Positions 18,940-27,123 of a stretch of 64,000 nt of DNA are shown here, in pieces. The position numbers were made by a program, and so were the translations under genes. Positions within the stretch are counted from its first letter, which is position 1. The number at the start of each line of letters is the position of its first letter. This DNA is from an uncultured Bifidobacteriaceae bacterium. GTDB lineage: Bacteria; Bacteroidota; Bacteroidia; Chitinophagales; UBA10324. Below the pieces are notes generated by a model. That model saw only the letters and a list, made by a program, of their open reading frames with translations. It was not told the origin of the DNA and ran no database searches. The stretch covers positions 73,686 through 137,685 of the forward strand of contig CAZXFT010000006.1 of the NCBI GenBank assembly GCA_964640655.1, in the 5' to 3' direction.

Positions 18940-19293
18940 TCACAACCTAAACACCTGAATGTATATGAGATAGTTTTCTCCATGTAGAACAGGCGGAGAA
19001 GTGTCACAAGCAAAACAAAAATCAACACATTCAACGGATTGAACCGTTTGGTAAAACAAATCGGTTGAGAGGATTATAAACTCTGATAAAAACTGTACAA
19101 AATGATGAGTCAGCTGAAATACTGTATCCAGCTTTGAATAATACATGTGTGTTTCACATTTCTTTTTGGAATCGCAGCAGGCATGTGTTTCTTCAATGAC
19201 TGAAATGCCGCAACAACAATGATACAATGCTATACCATTAGTGGCAAGGGTAAAAACAATTAAGGTTAATATGACCAATGCTTTGCGCAACAC
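18940..19293 (-). CDS. small Cys/His-rich membrane-anchored protein
   Basis: 117 aa with a GTG start and an N-terminal TM. Motifs are LYHCCCG, THACCDSKKKCETH, ECVDFCFAC and SPP. From memory it resembles the small family named HYC_CC_PP in NCBI annotations; this is unverified. Confidence 0.5.
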   Translation of the reverse strand: MLRKALVILTLIVFTLATNGIALYHCCCGISVIEETHACCDSKKKCETHMYYSKLDTVFQLTHHFVQFLSEFIILSTDLFYQTVQSVECVDFCFACDTSPPVLHGENYLIYIQVFRL

Positions 19294-19331
19294 AATACAA
19301 AAGTATCACATCTATCCGGAATTGTATTTAA

Positions 19332-20201
19332 TTAGTGTTTCAACACCTCGTAGTCTTTATACAACGTCAGCAGTTTTGTATAAATAACTGCTTGGCGAAA
19401 GTCTTTTCTTTCCTGAGCAATAGACTTTGCACGTTTAAAGCCTCCGGTGTAATACCTGAAATAAATGGGAAATACGGTTGTAAATCCTTCGAGTACACCT
19501 ACTGTAACTATGCTGCGGGCTGTGAAAAAAAAGAATAGAGAAGTTATGGTGAGCGAGTTCAAACCATTTTTAATATCACCTGCATAAAATTGACCCGTAC
19601 CCGGAACAATCATAGATAGTATCATCGCCGTGTTCGGGTTCAATTTATTAACGTGTTGGAGTTCACGCCATATCTTATTATAACGCTCATACAACACCGG
19701 AGAACTTACAGAATCAAAAAGTGATGAGAAAAACCGCTCTGCCTGTTCAAAATCGTTGAGCCCATAATAAATACAGGCCTGATATAATTGAGTTTGTCTT
19801 TTTTCCTTTTCAGTATCATTATTCACAGCATATATATCCTGCAATGCCAGCATGTAATCTTTACTTATAATTAAGTTTTCTGCACGCTTCATCAGCAGTG
19901 CGTCTTTAAGACTGTCGTTATCAGTAGTGAAAAATGCCATATCATAATAGGCATTTGCTTTTCGCAAGCTATCCAAAGCGTTAAAGCAATCTCCAATTCT
20001 GATTAAGCAAGCAGTATTTACATCTCCGGGACTAAATAGTAAAACTCGCTGATAATGAATCACCGCACGCTGAAACTGTCTCTGAGCGAAAAGATGATCA
20101 GCATAATCCAGCGTTTGCCGAACATCCTGCGCCGCAGCAGTGAGGCTAATAAGAACCGAGAGAGATATAAATCTGCCTGCTCTTTTTAATAAGTTCATCA
20201 T
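19332..20201 (-). CDS. TPR-like repeat protein with C-terminal membrane domain (paralog B)
   Basis: The start is set at ATG 20201 (MMNLLKRAGRFISLSVLISLTAAAQD, a signal peptide). A helical-repeat middle is followed by IVPGTGQFYAGDIKNG and then TM helices. It overlaps the upstream paralog by about 56 nt. Confidence 0.6.
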   Translation of the reverse strand: MMNLLKRAGRFISLSVLISLTAAAQDVRQTLDYADHLFAQRQFQRAVIHYQRVLLFSPGDVNTACLIRIGDCFNALDSLRKANAYYDMAFFTTDNDSLKDALLMKRAENLIISKDYMLALQDIYAVNNDTEKEKRQTQLYQACIYYGLNDFEQAERFFSSLFDSVSSPVLYERYNKIWRELQHVNKLNPNTAMILSMIVPGTGQFYAGDIKNGLNSLTITSLFFFFTARSIVTVGVLEGFTTVFPIYFRYYTGGFKRAKSIAQERKDFRQAVIYTKLLTLYKDYEVLKH

Positions 20202-20973
20202 TTTTTGTTCGGTTAAATTTCTGTGCTGATTTGGCAGAGCCATAAATATTTCCAAGGTAAAATCCGGTGGAGAGACCGCCGAAAATCCAAAACTTTGCAC
20301 TTTCAAAACCATTACGATTATAGCCTCTATATGCCTGAAATGAAGTGGCAGAAAGCATAATCAAACTAATAGCTCCGTCTTTCCAGTTTCCTGTATAAAC
20401 TTTTCCGCTGCCGGGTATAATTGCAGACATTGCACCGGCAACAAACCCTGAACGATGCTTGACTTGCCTGCTTTGTTCCACTAACTTATCGAATGGTTCA
20501 AACAACAGTGTATTCATTGAATGTGAATCTGAATAAATCCGTTGAACTTCTTTCCAGTCAGATTTCTGAAAGGCATATTGTAAATTCATCAATCGTTTTA
20601 AGGTATCGTTAGAGATTTGTGAAGCAAACAAACCGAGTGTTTCACTCTTCTTCCCAACCAATAGTTTTGAATGCAACATAGCGGCGGTTTGGTTGGAGAA
20701 TTTGTCTTGATCAAACAAACGATTGGAAGCGGCTATGCCTTCATCATATTTAGAAGCACGCAGACAGGAACTCAGTAAAAAGTACTTGGCTGTATCATTT
20801 TGTTTGTTAAGGAATATGGCTCGTTCAAATTCATCTATTGCGGCTACATATTGACCGGAGAAATACAAATAACGGGCAAACTGCATAGTATGATTTTCAT
20901 CGAACAAATCAGTTTGTTGTGCGTGAGAAAATAAAGAGATGAAAGTAAGTATGAATAACGCGCCGTATTTCAT
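20146..20973 (-). CDS. TPR-like repeat protein with C-terminal membrane domain (paralog A)
   Basis: Signal peptide (..LFSHAQQ), a helical-repeat middle, then IIPGSGKVYTGNWKDG followed by TM helices. Its ATGA overlaps the stop of the YidD-like gene. Confidence 0.6.
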   Translation of the reverse strand: MKYGALFILTFISLFSHAQQTDLFDENHTMQFARYLYFSGQYVAAIDEFERAIFLNKQNDTAKYFLLSSCLRASKYDEGIAASNRLFDQDKFSNQTAAMLHSKLLVGKKSETLGLFASQISNDTLKRLMNLQYAFQKSDWKEVQRIYSDSHSMNTLLFEPFDKLVEQSRQVKHRSGFVAGAMSAIIPGSGKVYTGNWKDGAISLIMLSATSFQAYRGYNRNGFESAKFWIFGGLSTGFYLGNIYGSAKSAQKFNRTKNDELIKKSRQIYISLGSY

Positions 20974-21347
20974 TCCACAGGGTCAATAAATAATTGTCGT
21001 TTATAATCGTAAGGATATTTATCAGGATTTAATCCATTGCAACGTGTTAATCTGTCGAAGGTCATCAGCGAACCTAAAACGACACCTTTCTTATTGATGG
21101 CCTGCAAGGCATACTCTGAGCAGGATGGCGTAAAGGTGCAACTGGAGCCATCTTGCGAAGAGATAACACTTTTGTAAAGAATAAATAATGTAGTTAATGT
21201 AACTGTAACTTCATTAGTAGCGTTCCTTAAACTAAAATGATGATGATGCTTGTGCGTGTCAGCAGCATGCATAAGTCGATCAACATCCTGAGCCTGAGAA
21301 AAGCAGGAAAGACTAATAAGCGCTGGTGTTATAATTATAAATTTCAT
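20970..21347 (-). CDS. YidD-family (membrane protein insertion efficiency factor-like) paralog with signal peptide and His tract
   Basis: YidD core LYKSVISSQDGSSCTFTPSCSEYALQAINKKGVVLGSLMTFDRLTRCN. It is preceded by a signal peptide and DTHKHHHHF. Confidence 0.75.
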   Translation of the reverse strand: MKFIIITPALISLSCFSQAQDVDRLMHAADTHKHHHHFSLRNATNEVTVTLTTLFILYKSVISSQDGSSCTFTPSCSEYALQAINKKGVVLGSLMTFDRLTRCNGLNPDKYPYDYKRQLFIDPVE

Positions 21348-21999
21348 TTTCGTTGGTGGCGTTCACTACAATGTTCTTATAGGTAGTTACCTTGTAATAT
21401 TCTTTTCCGTTGATGTAGTTTATCTGAGTAATCTGTGTAGGAAAATTCAGTCCGTTGACCGTTATATAATCTGTAAAAAACTGCTTCGATAAAATGTTGT
21501 CCTTATTATCGAAGAAAATTAATCCATGGAGCATTCTTTTCTTTTGCGAGATAAGTATTTTGCCGGTAAGTTCTTTCAGTTTGGTTGTAGAAGGCTCCCA
21601 CGTGGATATTACCAGGCTGTCCTCTTTAGATACATCTGTGAGTATAAAAATTCCATTGGAGTTTAAACCGTAATTGGAAAGATTACTCGACAATGCAAGA
21701 TTGAAGATTGAGAACTGCAACAGGTTAACGGCTTTTTTCTTTTCTGAAAGTTTGTTGTCTTTTATTTCATAGAAAAATGAATCAGATAATACCTGAAACA
21801 GTTTCTTTGGAAAAGAAATATTGTAAACCAACTTCTTGGTGTTCTTATCAAAATAAACAGTACCCATAGTCAGGTTGGATGTACCATCCGGTAAGTTTTC
21901 TTTGATGCTAAACCCGGTTTTTATACGATAGTGTTGCTGTGCATTAGTTACGGAGAAAATGCATAATAAAATAAGTATTGCAGTGAGGTTCTTAAACAT
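21313..21999 (-). CDS. hypothetical secreted protein (LolA-like fold suspected)
   Basis: The start is set at ATG 21999 (MFKNLTAILILLCIFSVTNAQQ). An all-beta pattern of about 200 aa is reminiscent of LolA/lipoprotein-sorting folds. The track extension to 22065 begins inside a terminator hairpin. Confidence 0.45.
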   Translation of the reverse strand: MFKNLTAILILLCIFSVTNAQQHYRIKTGFSIKENLPDGTSNLTMGTVYFDKNTKKLVYNISFPKKLFQVLSDSFFYEIKDNKLSEKKKAVNLLQFSIFNLALSSNLSNYGLNSNGIFILTDVSKEDSLVISTWEPSTTKLKELTGKILISQKKRMLHGLIFFDNKDNILSKQFFTDYITVNGLNFPTQITQINYINGKEYYKVTTYKNIVVNATNENEIYNYNTSAY

Positions 22000-22034
22000 A
22001 GGTGCTTTTTTGCACGGGCTTGCAAATATGGTGC

Positions 22035-22065
22035 AAAAAAAATGTCCGGCACTGTGGCCGGACAT
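22035..22065 (-). terminator. rho-independent terminator downstream of ORF 22090-22554
   Basis: Minus-strand transcript: AUGUCCGGC-CACAGU-GCCGGACAU followed by UUUUUUUU. That is a 9-bp GC-rich stem, a 6-nt loop and 8 U. Confidence 0.7.
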
Positions 22066-22089
22066 TTAATATGCTTTGACTAAAATCTA

Positions 22090-22554
22090 CTAATCTACGC
22101 TGGAAGCCCAGAAAGCTGAACCACCGAAGATCAACACTACGAAGATGATATACAGCAAGAAGCCGCCAACCCATCCAACTAAGCAACCATAAAGGGCTTT
22201 TTTGGTTTCATCAGAATCTTGAGTAACTAAATAAGTAATCAGGATACCAATCCATCCAAGTACACAACCCCAGATGAATGAAGGAATGCCTAAAGCACCT
22301 TCTGTTAATGCAGATAAAGTTGATGTTGATTCAGTTAAGTTAACGCCATTGATAATGTCGTTGTTTTCAGTTTGCAACTGATCCAATGTAACACCCTCAT
22401 GAGAAGCTACATAGTTTTCTACTTGAGATAACTGATTCATTTCGGCATTCACTTTGTTTTTGTTCAATTGGAACAATGATGCATTTCCTGCTGATGCACT
22501 AAAGATAACGCAGGAGCTTGCTACAAAAGCAAGTAAAAGAGATTTGATTTTCAT
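22090..22554 (-). CDS. hypothetical secreted/membrane protein
   Basis: Signal peptide, a polar Asn/Gln-rich region, and two C-terminal Gly-rich TM helices (GCVLGWIGILI, GCLVGWVGGFLLY). Confidence 0.5.
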   Translation of the reverse strand: MKIKSLLLAFVASSCVIFSASAGNASLFQLNKNKVNAEMNQLSQVENYVASHEGVTLDQLQTENNDIINGVNLTESTSTLSALTEGALGIPSFIWGCVLGWIGILITYLVTQDSDETKKALYGCLVGWVGGFLLYIIFVVLIFGGSAFWASSVD

Positions 22555-22628
22555 AGATATTTGTTTGAGGTTTTAATTAGTAATGTGACAAAAGTATTGA
22601 ATCAGATTAAAAAAACAACTTTTTCTTC

Positions 22629-23504
22629 TCACAATGCAGAAGTTTCTGCTTCGCGAACGATTTTTTTCACCAAACCCTGTAACACATTTCCCTGCCCACA
22701 TTCAATAAATGAACGCGCGCCATCATTGAACATATGCTGAACACTTTGTGTCCATCTGACAGGGGCAGTTAACTGAGCTATTAAATTTTGTTTGATGATG
22801 TTTTCATTCCTAACCGGTTCGGCATTTACATTTTGATACACCGGGCAAACAGGTTTTGAAAAATCTGTAGACTCAATGGCTTGTTGCAACTCAATACGTG
22901 CAGGCTCCATTAACGGTGAATGGAATGCTCCGCCAACATTTAAGACAAGCGCTCGTTTGGCTCCGGCTGCCTTCATTGCCTCGCAGGCTTTGTTAACACT
23001 TTCCAATGAACCGCTGATCACCAACTGACCGGGACAATTATAATTTGCGGGAACCACAACACCATTTGTCTGAGCACATATTTCTTCCACCTTAGCATCA
23101 TCTAATCCTAGTATGGCAGCCATTGTTGAAGGCTGCAACTCACAGGCTTTTTGCATGGCCAATGCTCTTTTACTTACGAGTACCAAAGCATCATCAAATG
23201 TTAATGTTTTATTAGCAACCAATGCAGAAAACTCGCCGAGAGAATGCCCTGCAACCATATCAGGTTTAAAAGAATCGCCGGAAACTATGGCTTTGATAAC
23301 TGAATGCACAAAGATAGCAGGTTGAGTAACCCTAGTTTGTTTCAAATCATCTTCGCTACCATTAAACATAATGTCTGTTAATCGGAAACCTAGAATGTCA
23401 TTGGCTTTTTCAAAATATTCTTTGGCTAAAGGATTGGTTTCATAAAGTTCCTTGCCCATACCGGGGGTTTGAGATCCTTGTCCGGGAAAAATGTATGCTT
23501 TCAT
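22629..23504 (-). CDS. fabD: ACP S-malonyltransferase
   Basis: FPGQGSQ, GHSLGEFSA and GAFHSP motifs; 291 aa. Confidence 0.93.
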   Translation of the reverse strand: MKAYIFPGQGSQTPGMGKELYETNPLAKEYFEKANDILGFRLTDIMFNGSEDDLKQTRVTQPAIFVHSVIKAIVSGDSFKPDMVAGHSLGEFSALVANKTLTFDDALVLVSKRALAMQKACELQPSTMAAILGLDDAKVEEICAQTNGVVVPANYNCPGQLVISGSLESVNKACEAMKAAGAKRALVLNVGGAFHSPLMEPARIELQQAIESTDFSKPVCPVYQNVNAEPVRNENIIKQNLIAQLTAPVRWTQSVQHMFNDGARSFIECGQGNVLQGLVKKIVREAETSAL

Positions 23505-23526
23505 AGTTTAGATTTAATAAATGAAT

Positions 23527-23937
23527 TTATTCTTCGCCGTAATATTCGGCATAAATGTTTTCAGTTTCATACAGTTTAATACAATGAAGTTTGCACTCTA
23601 TGATATGAGGTTCTAATTGTTTCCATATGGCAATTGCCAGGTTTTCTGTAGATGGCATGATGTCTTTCAGAAACGGAACATCCATATTCAGATTCTTATG
23701 GTCAAGTTTATCCAATACTTCCTGTTGAATTATTTTACTCAACTGCTTTACATTCATAATAAATCCGGTATCTGGGTTGGGATTGCCTTTTACTGTTACA
23801 AACAGATTATAATTATGACCATGCCAGTTTTTATTGGCGCATTTACCAAATACCTCTACATTTTTTTCTTCACTCCACGAGTTATTGCGCACCATATGCG
23901 CTGCGTTAAAGTGTTCTTTTCTTGTTAAATAAACCAT
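23527..23937 (-). CDS. queD: 6-carboxytetrahydropterin synthase / 6-pyruvoyl-tetrahydropterin synthase family
   Basis: FNAAH, C.N.NWHGHNY and the PTPS family pattern. The start is set at the first ATG (MVYLTRKEHF). Confidence 0.85.
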   Translation of the reverse strand: MVYLTRKEHFNAAHMVRNNSWSEEKNVEVFGKCANKNWHGHNYNLFVTVKGNPNPDTGFIMNVKQLSKIIQQEVLDKLDHKNLNMDVPFLKDIMPSTENLAIAIWKQLEPHIIECKLHCIKLYETENIYAEYYGEE

Positions 23938-24013
23938 TGTGTGCAATTATTGCCGTGCAAATATAATTCGCTAATTTGCCTCATCGTATCTTTCCGGAAT
24001 CATTTCATTCATC

Positions 24014-24676
24014 ATGAAAGTATTACTTGTAGCCGCCACCGAACAAGAAATGACCTTAGGCACTGCATCTCTAAAAAAGTATAAACAAGGTCATTTGTTT
24101 ATGAAAGAAGCCTATGAAATACATCAAGTAATTACAGGATCCGGTATATTGAAAACATCTTTTCATTTAACTGAACACCTCATCAGCAAAAGGTATGATC
24201 TGGTCGTAAACATTGGCATCTGTGGCGCTTTTGAACGTCTGCTCAATATTGGTGATGTTTTACGTATTCAACGAGACCGGCTTGCAGACTGGGGAGTTGA
24301 AGAAAACAAAGTATTCAAAGATGTTTTTGAAATGAGATTGGAAGATGACAAGTCGTTTCCCTTTGAGCACGGTTGGATATATGATTCTATTCCAGTGGCA
24401 AAAAAAAATATCCAACACTTAAAATCTGTAGACGGATTTACCGTAAATACCATTCGGGTAAAGAATTTGAATCGTTTTGATAGTAATGTCTATGCCGAAA
24501 CAGAATCAATGGAAGGTGCTGCCTTCCTGTATGTATGCCGTCAGTTGAATCTGCCATGTTTGCAAATTCGTGCAGTATCCAACTATGTAGGAGAGCGAGA
24601 TAAATCAAATTGGGATATTCTCAAAGCCTTACGGAATCTGAGTTCTTTTCTTGAAGAAGAATTCTTCGCAGTATAG
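24014..24676 (+). CDS. mqnB: futalosine hydrolase-like nucleosidase (PNP/UDP phosphorylase superfamily)
   Basis: The N-terminus MKVLLVAATEQE, the GICGAF and ESMEGAAF motifs, and the 220-aa size match the MqnB/MTA-nucleosidase family. Confidence 0.6.
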   Translation: MKVLLVAATEQEMTLGTASLKKYKQGHLFMKEAYEIHQVITGSGILKTSFHLTEHLISKRYDLVVNIGICGAFERLLNIGDVLRIQRDRLADWGVEENKVFKDVFEMRLEDDKSFPFEHGWIYDSIPVAKKNIQHLKSVDGFTVNTIRVKNLNRFDSNVYAETESMEGAAFLYVCRQLNLPCLQIRAVSNYVGERDKSNWDILKALRNLSSFLEEEFFAV

Positions 24677-24681
24677 AAAAT

Positions 24682-25002
24682 TTAATACTTGAGTTTACTT
24701 AACTCTGCAATATCCACCGTTTTCAGGTTACGATAAATCATTACGATAATGGCTAATCCAATAGCAACTTCCGCAGCAGCAACAGCCATAATAAAGAAAA
24801 CTAAAATTTGCCCGGCGGCATTGGCATGAAACATTGAGAAAGCTACCAGCAATAGGTTTACTGAGTTCAACATCAACTCCACACTCATAAAAAGAATGAT
24901 TGCATTGCGACGGGTTAATACACCAATAACACCTATACAGAAGAGTATGGATGAGAAAGTAATATAGTACTCAATGGGTATATGTTGGAAAATTGAATTC
25001 AT
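24682..25002 (-). CDS. nuoK: NADH-quinone oxidoreductase subunit K
   Basis: 106 aa with three TM helices. Motifs are LMLNSVNL and [11 protein letters not shown]. It is the last gene of the nuo run. Confidence 0.9.
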   Translation of the reverse strand: MNSIFQHIPIEYYITFSSILFCIGVIGVLTRRNAIILFMSVELMLNSVNLLLVAFSMFHANAAGQILVFFIMAVAAAEVAIGLAIIVMIYRNLKTVDIAELSKLKY

Positions 25003-25005
25003 ATG

Positions 25006-25521
25006 TTAAACGATTTCGGGTTCTTGGAGTGGATCTTTTTTGCTGAGAATTACGGAGCCAACCATAGCAATTAAAAATAACACTGAGGCTATTTCAAACG
25101 GTAACACATAATCGGTGTATAATACCTTGCCGAGTGTTTTTAATATACCCAAAGATGCATCAGCCGATGATTGTTGAATGAGTGTGTCTGAACGTTTCAG
25201 AGCAGATACTAATACTAGCATCAGAGAGCCTCCACTCAATACCCCTGCAGCAGGCAAGATGTAAGATGACTTGGCAACAGATTTCTGATTCAGATTTAAA
25301 AGCATAATCACAAACAGAAACAAAACCATAATAGCTCCAGAGTATACTATGAGGTGTACAATGGCCAGGAACTGTGCATTCAACAGGAGGTAATGACCTG
25401 CAATGCAGAAGAACGTGAGTATCAGATACAATACGCTGTGCACAGGATTTTTAGACATGACAACCATCAGAGCGCAGAAAACAGCAGTAAAGGACAGAAA
25501 GAAAAAAAGAGATAGTATCAT
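25006..25521 (-). CDS. nuoJ: NADH-quinone oxidoreductase subunit J
   Basis: Polytopic, with NPVHSVLYLILTF and YSGAIMVLFLFVIML. The start is set at ATG 25521 (MILSLFFFL), which abuts the nuoI stop. Confidence 0.85.
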   Translation of the reverse strand: MILSLFFFLSFTAVFCALMVVMSKNPVHSVLYLILTFFCIAGHYLLLNAQFLAIVHLIVYSGAIMVLFLFVIMLLNLNQKSVAKSSYILPAAGVLSGGSLMLVLVSALKRSDTLIQQSSADASLGILKTLGKVLYTDYVLPFEIASVLFLIAMVGSVILSKKDPLQEPEIV

Positions 25522-25522
25522 C

Positions 25523-26050
25523 TTAATTGTTTTTGGGTGGTATAGGTAATGCTGAGCCTTTATCAACAGCTTCTACTAATCGGTCTTTACCGTAGATGAA
25601 GTCTATGCGGTCGAAGCTGGCAGGAGCAATTTCTTTTTCGAGGAAGATGGCAGCCTTCGGACAAGCATCTTCACAGTAGCCACAAAAAATGCACCGTAAC
25701 ATATTGATTTCGTATTTGCTTGCATATTTCTCTTCGCGGTACAAATGCTCTTCACCAGGCTTACGCTCTGCTGATTCCATAGTAATGGCCTCAGCCGGAC
25801 AAGCTAAAGCGCATAAGCCGCAAGCCGTGCAACGCTCAGCCCCATTTTCATCGCGACGTAATACGTGTAAGCCACGATATACTTCGGGCAGTTCGCGTTT
25901 CTGTTCAGGATATTGTATAGTATTTTTTTTCTTGAAGAAATGACGAATGGTAATGCCCATTCCCTGAAGAATGGCAGGCAAATAAATGCGCTGAGCCAAA
26001 GTCATTTCTTTTTGTTCTATTACTTTCTTTCTGTTGGTTAATGATTGCAT
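25523..26050 (-). CDS. nuoI: NADH-quinone oxidoreductase subunit I
   Basis: Two 4Fe-4S ferredoxin motifs: CTACGLCALACP and CIFCGYCEDACP. Confidence 0.92.
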   Translation of the reverse strand: MQSLTNRKKVIEQKEMTLAQRIYLPAILQGMGITIRHFFKKKNTIQYPEQKRELPEVYRGLHVLRRDENGAERCTACGLCALACPAEAITMESAERKPGEEHLYREEKYASKYEINMLRCIFCGYCEDACPKAAIFLEKEIAPASFDRIDFIYGKDRLVEAVDKGSALPIPPKNN

Positions 26051-26064
26051 CGGAAGTACAATTT

Positions 26065-27123
26065 TTATGGGTTACCGAAAGAGGGTGAATTAAAAAGTGC
26101 CACTCCTATGCCTGTAAGCAGAATGTTAAGTAGTGCGAGTGGTATCAACATTTTCCAACCAAGATTCATCAATTGGTCGTAACGGAAGCGTGGCAGGGTC
26201 CAGCGAATCCACATAAAAAAGAAAATGAAGAAGAAAATTTTAGCAAAGAATAAAACTGTGCCTACAAGGGTTACTAAATTTTGAGATTGAGTTATGTCGA
26301 GCAACTGATCCATAAAAGGAAAGTTATATCCACCAAAGAATAATGTTGCCATCACCGCACTTGAAATAAACATATTGATGTATTCCGCAAAAAGGAAGAA
26401 GCCCAGTTTCATAGAACTATATTCTGTATGGTAACCACCAATTAATTCTGTTTCGCATTCGGGCAAATCGAATGGCAAACGGTTACATTCAGCAAAAGCA
26501 CAAGTGATAAATATTAAAAAGCCCAATGGCTGATACCAGATGTTCCAGTTGAAACCATGTTGTTGGTCAACGATTTCCTTAAGGCTTAATGTTCCTGTTA
26601 CCAATAACAAAGCAATGATGCTGAGCCCCATACCTATTTCGTAACTAATCACTTGGGACGAAGCACGAATGGCACCTAACAGTGAGAACTTATTGTTGGA
26701 AGCCCAACCGCCAATCATTATTCCATAAACACCAATACTAACCACAGCGAAAATGTATAGTAAACCAAAGTTGAGGTCAGTGATTTGTAATGGGAAAGTA
26801 ACACCAAATAAAGTAAATTTATCACCCCAGGGAATGACAACACCTGTCATTAATGCGGCCACCATAGCAATAGATGGCCCCAGGATGAAGAGAAATTTGT
26901 TGGATGCAACCGGAATAATTTCTTCTTTCAAAAACATTTTTACACCATCTGCCAAAGGCTGTAACATACCACCTGGGCCGAAGCGATTAGGTCCTAAGCG
27001 GTCTTGCATAAACGCCGCTACTTTGCGCTCAGCGAATGTGGTATATAATGCTATGAGCATAGTGATGGCAAACAAAGCCAAAATTAAAACCATACTCGGT
27101 ATGTAAGGTGTCAAGTCCATCAT
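26065..27123 (-). CDS. nuoH: NADH-quinone oxidoreductase subunit H
   Basis: ERKVAAFMQDRLGPNR and PFDLPECETELIGGYHTEYS are ND1 family signatures. Confidence 0.93.
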   Translation of the reverse strand: MMDLTPYIPSMVLILALFAITMLIALYTTFAERKVAAFMQDRLGPNRFGPGGMLQPLADGVKMFLKEEIIPVASNKFLFILGPSIAMVAALMTGVVIPWGDKFTLFGVTFPLQITDLNFGLLYIFAVVSIGVYGIMIGGWASNNKFSLLGAIRASSQVISYEIGMGLSIIALLLVTGTLSLKEIVDQQHGFNWNIWYQPLGFLIFITCAFAECNRLPFDLPECETELIGGYHTEYSSMKLGFFLFAEYINMFISSAVMATLFFGGYNFPFMDQLLDITQSQNLVTLVGTVLFFAKIFFFIFFFMWIRWTLPRFRYDQLMNLGWKMLIPLALLNILLTGIGVALFNSPSFGNP

